From assembly GCF_009914755.1 (NCBI RefSeq), contig NC_060933.1: a stretch of DNA of 64,000 nucleotides, one strand, 5' to 3'. Under the pieces are notes generated by a model, which was not told where the DNA came from, searched no databases, and was given only the letters and a program-made list of their open reading frames with translations. Of this stretch, positions 16,389 through 30,359 are shown piece by piece. This stretch comes from the human T2T-CHM13v2.0 reference genome, Homo sapiens. A program made the position numbers and the translations under genes. Every line of letters begins with the position of its first letter. Within the stretch, counting starts at the first letter, position 1.

Positions 16389-19300
16389 TTTAAAAATTTT
16401 GTTTTGGCATTTTTTTTTTGTTAACAAAATTATGCCAGTTGTATGTGGCTAAGTATTTACACAATTTTTATGAAGTGGAGGGATATAGAGAATGATAAGC
16501 AGACCTTCCCCTTCACTGCTCCACCAAACCTCAGCCCCTTTCCAGAAGTAACCCCTCAACTCTCTGATCGGTATTGTTCTGGACTTACTGGTGTGTGTAT
16601 TTGCATGGTGTTTTATCAGATGACATTGCCATCTTTTACTTATTTTAAGATGAAAGGGATTGTGCTTTATAAGGATTTCCATGGCTTAAGGACATGTTGG
16701 GCCATCTCTCCATCTCAGGCCGTCTGCATGAACCCCTTCCTGTCTGGCCTCTGCAGCATATTTGGCAAATGCAGCTTTGTTGATTTAACCAGTTCCCGAT
16801 TGATGGGCATGTGCTTTGTTTTCAGTTCTTTGCTGCTGTGAGCAAGCCTTGGATGTCCTGGCACAGAGCAAGCCTTTCTGTAGGATTCAGCCCTAAAGGG
16901 GGGCATGGCAGGTCAATGCATGTGTACATCTGCATTGAGATCCTGCAAAATTGCTGCTCCCGAAAGGCTCCTTCTTCCACTGGCATTCGTCTTGGAGCCA
17001 CGAATGCACAGTTCCTTTGTTTGTTCATTGGTTGATTTGTTCATTTAGTCCCTCCTTTATTTGCTGGTGGGGGTGGTGCTTCATTGTTCACTTATTGTCC
17101 CTTAGTTGGTTTGTTCATTTGTTCCTTCATTTGCTCTTTGGTTGGGTCATTCCTGCATTTGTTCACTGGTTGGTTTGATCATCTGTTGATTGGTTCCTTT
17201 GGTTATTTTTTCCTTTGTTTGCTCATTGGCTGGCTTCCTCCTTCTTCCTTCCTTTGAGCGCTGTACCAAGCATCTGCTCTGAGCTAAGCTCTCTTCTCTG
17301 CTGTGGATTAAGGGCAAGACTTGTCCCTTCCCTAAAGGAGCTCACGGTCTGGGAAATAGCAAGTCCCTTGGAGCACCTGCTGCCAGTCCTGGGCTTGGGG
17401 AGGCCATGGAGTGCTCTGGTTGTGGTTTGCTGGGGAGACACAGAAGAGGCAGGGACACCAGGAAGCGGCGGTCCATCCCCTCGTGATTGGTGGCAGGGCC
17501 TCTCATCTTCCTTGAGCTTCATGAAGGAACAGTGTCTCTGCTGGATGCTACCTTGAATATTCAGAATAACTTACTTGAGAGTGGGAAGCCTGAAAGTCCA
17601 GCCTTTTTATCCAGATCTCAGCTACCAGTCATGGCTTCTCGGGGAAGGCAGGCCCTGGTATTACACCTCCTTTCCTGCAGGGGAAAAGGCTCAGGGTGGT
17701 GGAGCTGCCCTTGGTTCTCAGGTACATCCTTGTGCTGGGTTCCACTGAGCATTTCAGGACAGCAGGAGAGGTTTCTCACTGCCTTCTAAATCCCGAATCT
17801 GCCCACACAGGCAGGAATCCAGTGCATCCAGTAGAGAGAGGCCATGTGCAAATGCTCAGGTTCGTGGAGCCAGGCTCTTGCCCCTGATGCTGAAATGATA
17901 GGAGGGTGAGGTTTATCAGCGGGATCTTCGGGGTGATGACATTCCTTCCCCCATCACTCCTTGGCACAGCCACCCTTCATCCAGCCGTCCCTGGGGCCAT
18001 TCTTCAAGCGCCCTTTTCCATCCTGTAGTGAGCCATCTGTCTATATCCATCCCTCCATCCTTTCTCAGTCCGGCCATCTTACTCCCTGTTCCTCCTTCAT
18101 CTCTTCACGTGTCTGTGTGTCTGTCCTTGAGTGAGTGCCCAGCTGCAGTGTGTGGTTGAGACAGTGGATGCGGGAGGACTGTGAATAGGCTGCTTTCTCC
18201 ACAGCTGCCTGGAACGCCCCATGGCATGGTTCCACGGGAGGGGCATCTTCTGCCTGGCCCTTGTTCCACCGCTGGGGGTCTCAAGATTCTCTGTCGCCCC
18301 ATAGCTTGGGTATGGAGGGCCTCCTCTCCATGCAAGGCCTCCTATGGTCCTGAACATCCTGTGAAGAACAATTCCGCTCTTCCTCGGATTGAGCCTCGCT
18401 CTGCCCTCATCATGGCCCCAGTGCTCTCCCCAGCGTCACTCCCTCCGCAGCAGGGTATCTGCAGGGGTCTTGGAGGCATTCTCCCAGCTTGCAGCCCCAT
18501 GGTGCAGAGGAAAGATTTTGGACCCAAATGGATGCTGTCTGAAACTCAGGTGGTCTGTATCTCTGGTGGTCTGTGGCTCTGAAGCCATGGGCAGCTTGCT
18601 CTACCTCTCTCACGCTGAGTTTCCTCATGTACCAGTGAAGGGGCCGACACTGTGGGCCAAGTTGATGAATAAGGGAAGTGTGGCAGCTGGGCGCAGAGCA
18701 CATAACAGGTGCACAGTCCTCAGCTGCCCCTCCCCCATGGTGCTCGGGTGCATGGATGGTGCCCAGGGTCCAGTCCCCCAACAACAGGCTCATTGCAGTG
18801 GCCTGCCGCCCCGGTGTGTGTCCCTGACTCAGGGGTCCCATCGGCAGGTGTGTTGGCTGGTGCCAGCCCCGGGAAGCTGTCTGCATCCCTGCAGGGCAAG
18901 CACCTGCTTCTCACCACCTGCTGCTCCTCCATGGTCTCTTCAGAGCCTGTTTTTATCCTGGCTGCTGTCATTCCTGAGCTGATGTGCACTCCTGCAGTGA
19001 GCGACAGAGACCCCCATTTCCTTCCCTGTGGCTGGGCAGCTGGACCACCCAGGATGACAGCCCAAGTGATCCACCAGGACTCTCGCAGTGCAGACAAAAT
19101 GAAACTGGCCCTCGCTGGAGGAACGGGTGGGCCGGGCCCTGGGTGAAGGGGCTGGAGCTAAATGCCGTTGGAACTGGGTGGCCCCTGAAGTGTCTGCTTT
19201 TTGCCAAGGCAGAGCCTGGGAAGAGGGAGCAGGGATCAGGCTGGTTGGTGTTACCCCCTGCTGGGGGGCAGGCGTTAGATCTGTGCAGGGTGAGGCTCCG

Positions 19301-19594
19301 AGGCTTGCTGGGTCAGTCCCATTCAGTGGCTCTGTGTTGGGGTCACGTGGTATCTGCCCTCTGTTATCCGAGATGCCTTTCAGGCCTTCAGTTCTCATCA
19401 ATTCTCAGTTCATTTGGAGCCTCCTCTTCACTACTTGACACCCTTAAAGTGATACCCTGCCATCAGCGCTGGGAAACTGATCATCCTTTTCTTCCTTTCG
19501 CTCTCTGGGCCTCCTTGTCTTGTGTCTTGTGTGGAAAGAGCAGTCTCCGAGGCCCTAACCTACCACCCCGCAGTCCCTCCCCGATCTGTCCCCT

Positions 19595-20138
19595 GCACTG
19601 TGGGGCTGGCTAGGGGGCACTGCCGGGCTGGTTAGGGGGCACTGCCGGGCTGGTTGGGGGTACTGTGGGGCTGGCTAGGGGGCACTGCAGGGCTTATTAG
19701 GGGGCACTGCAGAGCTAGTTGGGGGCACTGCGGGGCTGGTTAGGGGGCACTGTGGGGCTTCTTAGGGGGCACTGTGGGGCTGGTTGGGGGCACTGTGGGG
19801 CTGGTTGGGGGCACTGCGGGGCTTCTTAGGGGGCACTGTGGGGCTGGTTAGGGGCACTGTGGGGCTGGTTGGGGGCACTGCAGGGCTGGTTGGGGGCACT
19901 GCGGGGCTTCTTAGGGGGCACTGTGGGGCTGGCTAGGGGCACTGTGGGGCTGGTTGGGCACTGCGGGGCTGGTTGGGGGCACTGCGGGGCTTCTTAGGGG
20001 GCACTGCGGGGCTGGTTGGGGGCACTGCGGGGCTTCTTGGGGCACTGCGGGGCTGGTTAGGGGGCACTGCAGAGCTGGTTACGGGGCACTGTGGGGCTTC
20101 TTAAGGGGCACTGTGGGGCTGGTTGGGGGCACTGCGGA
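19595..20138 (+). repeat. G-rich minisatellite, ~26 copies of 21-22 bp GGGGGCACTGYGGGGCTGGTT(A)
   Basis: 26 CACTG-type cores counted by eye. Confidence 0.95.
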
Positions 20139-22214
20139 GGTGCCCCGGTGCTCTCCGGTGGTCAGATCTCAGGCTCCTGCCAGCCAGTCCCCTCGCGAGG
20201 CCCCACTGCCAATATGTCCCTCTTACAGATAATGACAGGCAGCCTCTGGGATGGGACCCACTTTGCCCAGGACCATGGGGCTTGTACATGGGGGGTTTAG
20301 GATCCAAGTCAGTCCACCCCGGGAGTGGGGTGGTGCCGGGTCAGGTGGGCCTGTGCCTGTGGGGAGGGTGGTCTAGTGTCAGACACAGATGAGCCATAGA
20401 TCCTTTGCACAGAGAATCTCATAATAAGCAATGCAGTGAGAGCAGTGACACTGTCATCTTCAGGAAGGACTACCCCGGAGGCCCTTTGGACGGGCCCTTC
20501 ATTCTTCAGCAAGGAATGATGAGCTGGGAGCCATGAACAAGCGCAGTGCCTCTGGGTACCTCAGAGCCCACTCAGGGCAGCCATCCAGGCGAAGGTTAAC
20601 ATAGAGCCTCCAGGCCCGGCTACAGGCCATTTTCTCACCCTGTGAAACACTGCGGGTCGGTGCACAGGTGTCTGGATGTGGACTTAGCTCAGTCCTGAAG
20701 GCTCTGTTGACAGACAAGCTGGGCAGGTGGGCAGAGTCATTTTTACAAAGGTTGGTGGCATGGAGGGGTGGGGACAGCAGGCCCCTTCCAGGTGCGAGCT
20801 CCCTGCCCGGCACACCTGTACCTGTTCCTCCATGACCCATGGCTGAGGACACCAACCTGGTCCCCGCTGTGGAGGGCGGAGCTGGCATCCTGACTAGCCC
20901 TGGTCAGTTCCAAACTGCTGCTCTCTGCTGTACCATGTCCGGTGAGGTCCTGAAGTGCAAAAGGCCTTGAGGTGGGGCCCCAGGGGCTTGGGGAGGGTGG
21001 CCATGCTGTGCACTGCACAACCCCAGGGAGCGCTGTTCTAATGCACCATGATGGGGTCTTGCAGGACGGTGACACTGGTGAGGAGATGGACCTGTGACAG
21101 CCAGGGCCTCCCGGGAAAATTCCACAGGGGCAGAAGGACGGGTGAGGGCCGGGACTTTGACATCAGGCAGAGGAGTTGGACGTTGATGGGAGCTTTTAGG
21201 TGGGTGCATGGAACCTGCTTTGGCGAAGTGGCAGTGAGCGCAGGGACAGGCTGGGAGTTTGGGCTCAGGTCTCCAGGTCTCCGCCTGGCACTGCAGCCTC
21301 GGGGGGCAGCGGGAGAGGCCGGGCCATCTGCCATCCTCCCAGGATGGTGTCCTCGGCCTGTGCTGCAGCCCCAGGCCCTCTGTGCATTTCCCACCCCCTG
21401 CCCCTTTGCTTTGCTCCCTGGTTTAGTCATTGAGGAAGAATTTCAGTCGCAGCCTCCAGAGCGCCTCTGTTTTTCGACCTGCTGGGTTGACCTCACTGAT
21501 GAGGCCGCCTGCCTTGCAGGGAGGGCTGGGGTGGGGGGGCCTCAGCCCTGGGCCAGACCCTCCCTGGTGGCTCGATGGCTCGGCCCTCAGCCCGGCCCTT
21601 CAAGAACTGTGGCTCTCTGGCTTCCAGGAAATACAGGAAGGGAACTAGGAGGGACAGCCGCCCTTCCCCGGCTCTGCAGGGCCCTTTACAAACAGAGCAA
21701 ATTGATGGCTTCGTGAACAATTTCTGCGAGCATCTGCGGGTGCCGGGCTGTGCGGGGCCCCTGCCCTCCTGCAGTTCACAGCCCGTGGAGGAGACACACG
21801 CTGCCCATGGAACACACATAGCAGGGATATGGTTCCAGTGATGGGGCCACGGGTGGGACCGGAATGGAGGCTGCCAGCTGTGTCTGGAGAGGCCAGCGTG
21901 TGCCTGTGGTTTCGGGAGCCTGTCACTGGCTCCAGAGTGGAATAGCGCTTGGGACTGGGGTGGACTGGGCACTGAGGGTGACTCCCTTGCAGCCCCAGCA
22001 TGGCACCAGCCTGCGAGTGACCATGCTCACCTGCCCTGTACCTCGATTCCTCTTTCCCAATGAAGGCTCTTAGCCCAGATGCTATTTATGACTCCTGGCT
22101 CTAAAATTAGAGTTCTAGCCCGAGAATTGTGAAGACCTCAAGCTTGGGGTTATTTAGAGACTCTCAAGTTTTTCTTGAAGTTAAGGATATTGACTTTGGG
22201 GCCTGCAGAAACCT

Positions 22215-22350
22215 CCCCTCTCTTCCTCGCTCTTCCTCTCTTTCTCTCTCTGTCTCTCCCTCTCTCTTTCTGTCTGTGTAGCTCTCTCTCTCTCCCTCTC
22301 TCTCCCCATCTCTCCCTCCCTCTCTCTCTCTCTTGCTCTCTGTCTGTCCC
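22215..22350 (+). repeat. (CT)n-rich low-complexity tract
   Basis: Read directly. Confidence 0.85.
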
Positions 22351-23545
22351 CACAGCTGCCTTCCCCGAACCCCTGATCCCCAGCTCATTCTATCAAGTCC
22401 ACCCTGGTCCCTTGGCTGTGCAGGCCACAGACATTTGGCAGGACGTGGCCTGGGCTCAGTGTCTGGGACCGTGGTGCTGAGTGTTTGGCGGTGACCTCTG
22501 GAGGACGGGCCGGGGAGCTTTAAGGGCCAGGCAGAAATGCTGCCCTGTTCGGGCTGGGGGCTGGACTGGGTGTCCCCAGAGCCGACAGCACTATTCGGCT
22601 GGGTGCCAGGGACCCAGCCTAGTGCCTCGCCTTCCCCCAGCCATGCTGCCTGGAGGCCGGGTCCTGAGCGGAGCACTCTGTACCTGTGTCACCCAAGAGC
22701 TGCGGCTTCCTTTAGCCACCACAGCGGGCATGGGGAGGGGACTGTGCGGGTGAACATGGGGCAGAGAGATCGGGCTGGGCCAGCACACTTCCCCAGAGAC
22801 CCTGACCCCAGGACCGACGGAGCCAGCCCAGTGCCAGGGACAGAGTTGGAAATAACCTTCTAATGAGATAAGGAGATAAAGATGATACTAGAATCCTACC
22901 ACACTGCCTGGTGGGGTGGGGGAGAGCCTGCTGCCCAGGAAGGGCGCAGGAATCCCGGAGGTCAGGCAGGTGGGCGAGTCAGAACTGAGGGGCACTCCTT
23001 GACTGGAAAGTAACAGTGGGCACTGCTCCGGCTCAGGGGGGCACCGGGACGGGGGAGCTGAGGAAAAGTCACCCCCAAGTGACCACGAGTGACCAGGTGG
23101 AATCTGCTGGTGTGTTGTGGTTCTGGGGCCAGGGGAGCATCCCTGTGCATTTGTTGGCAAAAAGGAGCAGGCTCTGATGGATCGCAAATGCCCAGCCTTT
23201 GGGAGCGGGGACTGCGGCCAGCACATCATCCGGTGGGGACAGACAGCCTGGGCTTCAAAGGCAGCCGACCCATAGCCAGTGCTTAAAGATATTGAACTTG
23301 TTTAGGGGAAAAAAAGGAATTAGAGAAAAAGATCCAATGCAGACCCCAGCAGGCCTCGTAGGAGCGTGCGATCCCACGGCCTCAGACCCGGCTTCCTTCC
23401 TGGGCAGGGGAGGCACCCTCCCCTCTGTTCACAGCTTGCTCTTGCTCTGTGAGGGCCGCCATGAGACGGTGACAGCAGAGTGGCACGCCAGGCTGAAGTG
23501 GGCTTTTATTTAGAAAAGTAGAACGGCTGTAAGGTGGTCAGGGGT

Positions 23546-23932
23546 CACCTCCTCCCGTGGCAGTGCTGAGGCTACAGGTCCCCTGGCTGCAGGAGTCCTC
23601 GAACACCGGCAGAGAGGAAACCTGTGTGGCCATCCCGTCTCACCTCCAAACCTTCTGCCCTTGGGAAAAAAGTGGGACTTTCCTCTTGAGCCCGTCGCGG
23701 GCTGATCACCATTCCTCCCTGGGGAGGAGGGCCAGGCCAGGGAGCGGGGAACTGATAGCTGAGGAGGCCCACACCACTGCACCCAGAGATGGGCACTGTT
23801 TAGTAGCAGATGTTGGGATCTAACTCTACTTGGCGTTAGCATAAAGGTGGATACACCAGTTTCTGTAGATGTTCAGGCACAGCTTGATCCAGCTACTCAA
23901 ACTGTGTGGCCAGTCTGTCTCTCTGCATCCTC
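23546..23932 (+). repeat. Copy 1 of a ~385-bp local direct duplication
   Basis: ~95% identical to 30360-30740 by manual alignment. Confidence 0.95.
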
Positions 23933-25229
23933 TTACACCCTCTCCCAGGCTGTTGTGTGTAGAAGCTGTGGGTTGCTCAGTCGTTCAGCAAACACGGCTG
24001 AGTGCCCAGTGTGTGTGGGCTCCTGTGCAGGCCCCGGTCCTGCCCTGCATGCAAGGGCTCTGTTCCTGCCGCCCTTTGATACTCCCTCTCCATCAGGGCC
24101 CACCCCACCTGAGAGTGGGTGCTTGTGCCCTGGGAGCAGCTCATTGCACCCCCTTTCCTGGGGCGCCGGCACCCGGTGGGCTTTTCTGGCTGATTGTCTT
24201 TTGTTCTGAAGACCCGTTCCCCACTGGGGAGATGAGGCTCTGAGGTCAGCACTTGGCAGGGTGCCCCCAAGCGTCTCCCTTCCTCGAGGCTGGCAGGATG
24301 GTGGTGCTATGGAGCGTCCAGGCTCAGGTTCCGGATTCCATTCTGAGGACACATCTGCGTCACTCAAGAGGGTGGCCCCAGACCTCCACTCTCCTTCCCG
24401 AAAGCAGCGGACTTCTGCAGCGTTTCTGTTGTTGGTGGAGAAGCGTTCTTTCATGAGGGGCCCCACTTCCAAGGGGAGGGGCTGCTGAGCCTGAGAGATG
24501 CTCTCCAGCAGGGCAGGCTGTGACCGGGCCGAAGTTGCCTCTTCCTTGCTTCTGAGCCCTCGGAGGAGTGCTCGGGCACCAGTGGACGACCAGGAACTGA
24601 TTTAAGTTCCCGCTAAAAGCAGCCATCTCATTCCATCAGCTCCTGTAGGTGCCGGAGCCCTGTACAGATGTCCAGCAGCCCCCCAGGTCTCGGGGGGAAA
24701 CAGAGCGTTGCTGGGCTGGGTGCTGTGATGCTGCCCTGCCATGTCTTCAGCCACCTGGCTGCCAGCATTCATCCTTCTCAGCAGGTCTGTGAGCCTCAGG
24801 CCTTAAGGGGAGCCCAGGGCTCCATCCTCATGCCTCACCAGCTCAGTTTCAAGCCCTCATCTCTGGTTCTTTGTGCTGGGCCACATTAGTCCACTGCTGG
24901 TCCAGGCCAGGAGCACCTGGGTGCGCTGAGCACTGTAGTCCTTGCATGAAGTTTCAGCATCTCATGTCCTGCAGCTGTGTGATGAGAGGGTGGCAAGCCC
25001 TAGAGTGACATGGAATGCGGTTATTCTGGGTCAGCTCTGGAGGAGCAGAGAAGCTGACCTCCATGGGGATCGTGGAAATGCCTGTTGGGGACAGAGAAAG
25101 TTATCCTAGCATGGTTAGTGGAGGCATTGTTATTGGCTGGTGGAAAGGCTGACAACTTAGTGCAGCAATTGTAAAATTGCCCTATACCTCCTGATTTTCA
25201 CCATTCACTTGCTCATCTGTTCACTGATT

Positions 25230-26507
25230 GATCCATCCACTCATCCATCCATCCACCATCTATCCATTCACCCATCCATCCATTCATCCATCCATCCACC
25301 ATCCATTCATCCATCCATCCACCATCCATCCATTAATTCATCCATCCATCCACCATCCATCCATTAATTGATCCATCCATCCATCCATCCATTCATCCAT
25401 CCACCATCCATCCACCATCCATCCATCCATCCATCCATCCACCCACCATCCATCCATCCACCATCCATCCATTCATCCATCCATCCATCCATCCATCATC
25501 CTCCCATTCATCCATCCATCCACCATCCATCCATTCATTCATCCTTCCATCTGTCCATCCATCCATCCATCCACCATCCATTCACCCATCCATCCATTCA
25601 TCCATCCATCCACCATCCATCCATTAAGTCATCCATCCATCCATCCATCCACCATCCATCCATCCACCATCCATCCATTCATCCATCCATCTGTCCATCC
25701 ATCCATCCATCCGTCCATCCACCATCCATTCACCCATCCATTCATCCATCCATCCACCATCCATCCATTAATTCATCCATCCATCCATCCATCCATCCAT
25801 TCATCCATCCACCATCCATCCATCCATCCATCCATCCACCATCCATCCATCCATCCACCATCCATCCATCCACCATCCATCCATTCATCCATCCATCCAT
25901 TCATCCATCCATCATCCTCCCATTCATCCATCCATCCACCATCCATCCATTCATTCATCCATCCATCCATCCGTCCATCCATCCATCCATGCATCTGTCA
26001 TCCATCCACCATCCATCCATTCATTCATCCATCCATCTGTCCATCCATCCATCCATCCATCCATCCATCCACCATCCATTCACCCATCCATCCATTCATC
26101 CATCCATCCACCATCCATCCATTAATTCATCCATCCATCCATCCATCCATCCACCATCCATCCATCCACCATCCATCCATTCATCCATCCATCTGTCCAT
26201 CCATCCATCCATCCGTCCATCCACCATCCATTCACCCATCCATCCATTCCTCCATCCATCCACCATCCATCCATTAATTCATCCATCCATCCATCCATCC
26301 ATTCATCCATCCACCATCCATCCATCCATCCACCATCCATCCATCCACCATCCATCCATTCATACATCCATCATCCTCCCATTCATCCATCCATCCACCA
26401 TCCATCCATTCATTCATCCATCCATCCATCCATCCATCCATCCATCCACCATCCATCCACCCATCCATCCACCATCCATCCATCCAGCATCCATCCATCC
26501 ATCTATT

Positions 26508-26538
<31 letters not shown>

Positions 26539-27280
26539 CCATCCATCCTCCATCCATCCATCCATCCATCAACCATCCATCCATGCATCCATTCATCCAT
26601 CCACCATCCATCCACCATCCATCCACCATCATCCATCCATTGTCCATCATCCATCCATCCATCCATTCATCCATCCATCCATCCGTCCATCCATCCATCC
26701 ATCCATCACCATCCATCCATCCATCCATCCACCATCCATCCATCCAGCATCCATCCATCCATCTATTCATCCATCCATCCATCCTCCATCCATCCATCCA
26801 TCCATCATCCATCCATCCACCATCCATCCATCCACCATCCATCCATGCATCCATTCATCCATCCACCATCCATCCACCATCCATCCACCATCATCCATCC
26901 ATTGTCCATCATCCATCTATCCATCCATTCATCCATCCATCCATCCATCCACCATCCATCCACCATCCATCCACCATCATCCATCCATTGTCCATCATCC
27001 ATCTATCCATCCATTCATCCATCCATCCATCCATCCACCATCCATCCATCATCATCCATCCATCGTCCATCATCCATCCATCCACCCACCCATCCAGCCA
27101 CCATCCATCCATCCATTCATCCATCCACCCATCCATCCACCATCCATCCATCCATCCACTCATCCATCCATCCATTAGCCATCCATCCACCCACCCATCC
27201 ATCCATTCATCCATCCATCCATTCATCCATCTATCCACCATTCATTTATCCACTATCCATCCATTCATCCGTCCATCCTG
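25230..27280 (+). repeat. ~2-kb (TCCA)n/CCAT satellite-like array with internal higher-order duplications
   Basis: Read directly; it generates the 714-aa IHPS pseudo-ORF. Confidence 0.97.
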
Positions 27281-27462
27281 CATGTCTGTGTTGAGCTCCT
27301 CCTATGTGCCAGTGCTGCAGTCTTGCTTGTATTTCTTATCAGGGTCTTTGTGCTGCCTTTTGTGGTGCATGACACCCACGCAGAACTCAAACTTTCATTT
27401 CCAAATTATTCTCCTTCTTCCTTCCTCCTTCTCCTTCTCCTTTTTCTTCTTCTTTCTCTTCC

Positions 27463-27750
27463 TTTTTTTCGAGACCAGGTTATGCTCTGTCACCCAAGCT
27501 GGAGTGCAGTGACACGATCCTGGCTTACTGCAACCTCCACCACCCAGGGTCAAACGAGCCTCACACCTCAGCCCCTCAGTAGCTGGGATCACAGGTGCAT
27601 GCCACCAAGCCCAGCTAATTTTTGTATTTATGTAGAGACGGGGTTTTACCATGTTGCCCAGGTTGATCTCCAACTCCCGAGCTCAAGCCATCTGCCTGCC
27701 TCGGCCTCCCAAAGTGCTGGGATTCCAGTCCTGAGCCACCGCGCCTGGCC
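27463..27750 (-). mobile_element. Old Alu (AluJ-like), antisense, with a CT-rich decayed tail
   Basis: gagaccagg..tgctctgtcacccaagctggagtgcagtg...ccaaagtgctgggatt...ccgcgcctggcc. Confidence 0.9.
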
Positions 27751-28613
27751 ATCAAATTCTTTTCAGTCACCTCCCTTCTTCCTTAAAACTGACCTTGCTG
27801 GCGTCCATTCCTTTATAGGTCTGGGGACCTGATGCCTGGTTATATCCTCATGAAAATGGGCCTCTGGGATGCCAGTGACAAATACTTCTACTTGTAACAG
27901 TGCAGGGGATGCAGGGGCCAACTTCTCTAACTCTGATCAACTCGGGGATGGACAAGAGGTATTCCCTGGGCAAGCGAGGCTGTGCAGGATGCCTGACCCC
28001 TAGGTGCTGGGGGTAAACACTTCTTGTAGTTTAAAGATTCTGATGCCCGTGGCCTTGTGCTGGGCCCATGTCCCATAGGTGGTTCCAGGGAGGCTCCTGG
28101 TTTCAGTGCACACAGCTGATGGGAGCAAGCCACGATGGGGAAAGGGATTGAATGCAGGGAGTCAGGTGGATACAGTCTCCGGGAGACCCGGCGTGGTGGG
28201 GTCAGGAGGCCCCACTCCACTATCCCATTTGGGGTTGCACCACCATAGCGAGGCTGCCACCCAGACTGCAGGAAGTTGCTGCTGCCAATGCCGCCTGGTG
28301 CCCTGAAGCTGGTCCCAGGCCGTGGCATGCGTGGGGGTCTGGACATGAGGATCACCTCCATATGCTGTGTCTGGGGATATGGCCCTGCTGGCTGTGCCAG
28401 GGCGGAGGAGGCTGCCACCTCCCTCTCACTGTCCAGCTCCATGAGTCTCTCTGATTGGCAGATTCTAATTTGCACCCTGCATCCTTATGCAAAGGCACCT
28501 GGGAAGTGTAGTTTTTAGCTCCCCAGACTGCAGAGCAGGATGGTGCCTAGAGGAGACAGGGCTGGAGCTTGGGTGGCCAAGGCACAGCAGGACACCTGCT
28601 ATTCTCTGGGACT

Positions 28614-28697
28614 TCATCCATCCATCCATCCATCCATCCATCCATCCATCCATCATCCATCCATCCATTCATCCATCCATCCATCCATCCATCCACC
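28614..28697 (+). repeat. (TCCA)n tetranucleotide STR
   Basis: About 20 units read directly. Confidence 0.95.
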
Positions 28698-30359
28698 ATG
28701 TGATGGACTGACCCCATAGGTGATCCGGTCATGGCGAGGGTTCCATGGAATCAACAAAGTTTTTGTTTCATGAAGCTTTCGGAGCTGGCCTTCTGTGCAT
28801 CAGATGGTCGGTCTCAGGAACCTCTGGGCACAGCTGCATGGTCCTTCACTAAAGAGTAGGCACCGGGCTGGGTGTGGAGACCACACGCGTGATGCCATCT
28901 CGTCTTCACTGAGCACCTGGGCTGCTCGGTGGGTCCTCTGGGAACTGCTGGTGATGGGCCCCTGCCTGGCTGTCTAGGAGAAAAGGGCAAAAGAGAGGGG
29001 CTCTTGTTTGTTGAGCCGGGAAGTGCACGGGCCAGTGTGCGGTGGCCACTGTTGATTCTGCAGCTTCTCTCACTGGCCTTGACCCACTGGGATCCACCCT
29101 CTGGTGGGGGGTGCCACTGGCTTCAAACCCACGTCCACCTGTCCCCAAAGCTTGTGCTGTGTCCAAGTGGAGTTTTCATCCTGATGGAGGCTGGAAGAAA
29201 AGCTCCTGAAAGGCTGTGCGCCAGGCTCCTCCTGGGCTCTCCCCAACCTTTTCTTTTTCAAAAAGTACTTAATGTTTTCCTCTGCTCTGGCACAGGAAGC
29301 CCCTGGCCAGCAGGAGGGGTGGCACTAGGCCTGGGAAAGGTCTGGTGGCCTCTTAAACTTGTTGCAACAGAGATCTGCGAACATGTCCACCAAGCCTGCT
29401 GGAAAACAGCTCTTGCCTTCAGCAATGGAGAAAACAGGCTTGCGAGCCTGAGTCTGGGAAGAGCATCACGGGCTTGTTATGGTGTGAGTCCAGGAAGCCC
29501 CGGCCGGGATCCTTGCTCCCCTGCCCCGGCCGCTGCCAGTGCTGGAATTGAGTCTTAGGGATGACCCAGGGCTCGGCACTGTGTCATCTTCAGCAGGTGG
29601 ACCGGCAGCTGGCGCATCCTCTCTTTCCACGGGCTGCATCCAGGCCCAGGGCTGCGCGGTGCAGCCTCACCAGGCACTGGCACTCAGCGTTTCTTCTCAA
29701 GTCAAAGGCAAAAGCCCACCAAAGCCTTCTTTGCTGGGGCCAGGTGGGAGGTGCCATACATGCCCGAGGGGGTGACAGAGCTGGGTGGGCTGTGCCCTGC
29801 TTGGCAGCCGAAAGCCACCCAGGAAAACAGAGAGGCCATGAGAGGCCTGGACGTGGGGTGTTCTGGGTCCCTGTGCCGCCCCTCCCCTTTGTCACTGTTC
29901 CCACGCCGCAGTGGGAAATCCTCAGCTTCTCCATGTTTCTGGCTTCTTGATTTAATTGGCAGAGGACTGCAGCAAAGCCAAGCTGTAGAAATGACACCGT
30001 CAGAGGCAGGGACTTCAGAACCCTGGGACCTGGGTACTGTGGAGCCTTCCAGAGAACTGTGGATGGGGAGGGGCTTCATGAATGAGAAATGCGGCTTCGA
30101 TTTCCCTCCACCCTGGTCTCCTTCAGAGCCCTGCCCAGGCTGCTGTCTTCCCTGCACTGTCAGCTGGTCATGGCGGGGGTGGGGGTGGCACAGGTTCCTG
30201 TCTGTACCTCCTTGTGGCCTGCGCACCAAGCACAGTGCCCGCGCTGAGTCCCCTGGAGGGACAGGGAGTGCTGGGGAGACAGAGTCCTCCGTCTGGGTGC
30301 TCCTCTTGCTGAGGGCCTGCTGGGACAAGCAGTGACACTGCGCCATTGTCTCTGGCAGC

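Noticed and set aside
17300-17500. Placing the corneal-thickness SNP rs7044529 from remembered coordinates
   Set aside because: The base at my estimated position did not match the remembered alleles; repeat-length differences or faulty recall prevent placement.
25368-27512. 714-aa ORF (and 303/264-aa ORFs at 8875-9910)
   Set aside because: Translation of (TCCA)n, which lacks stop codons; no domain content.
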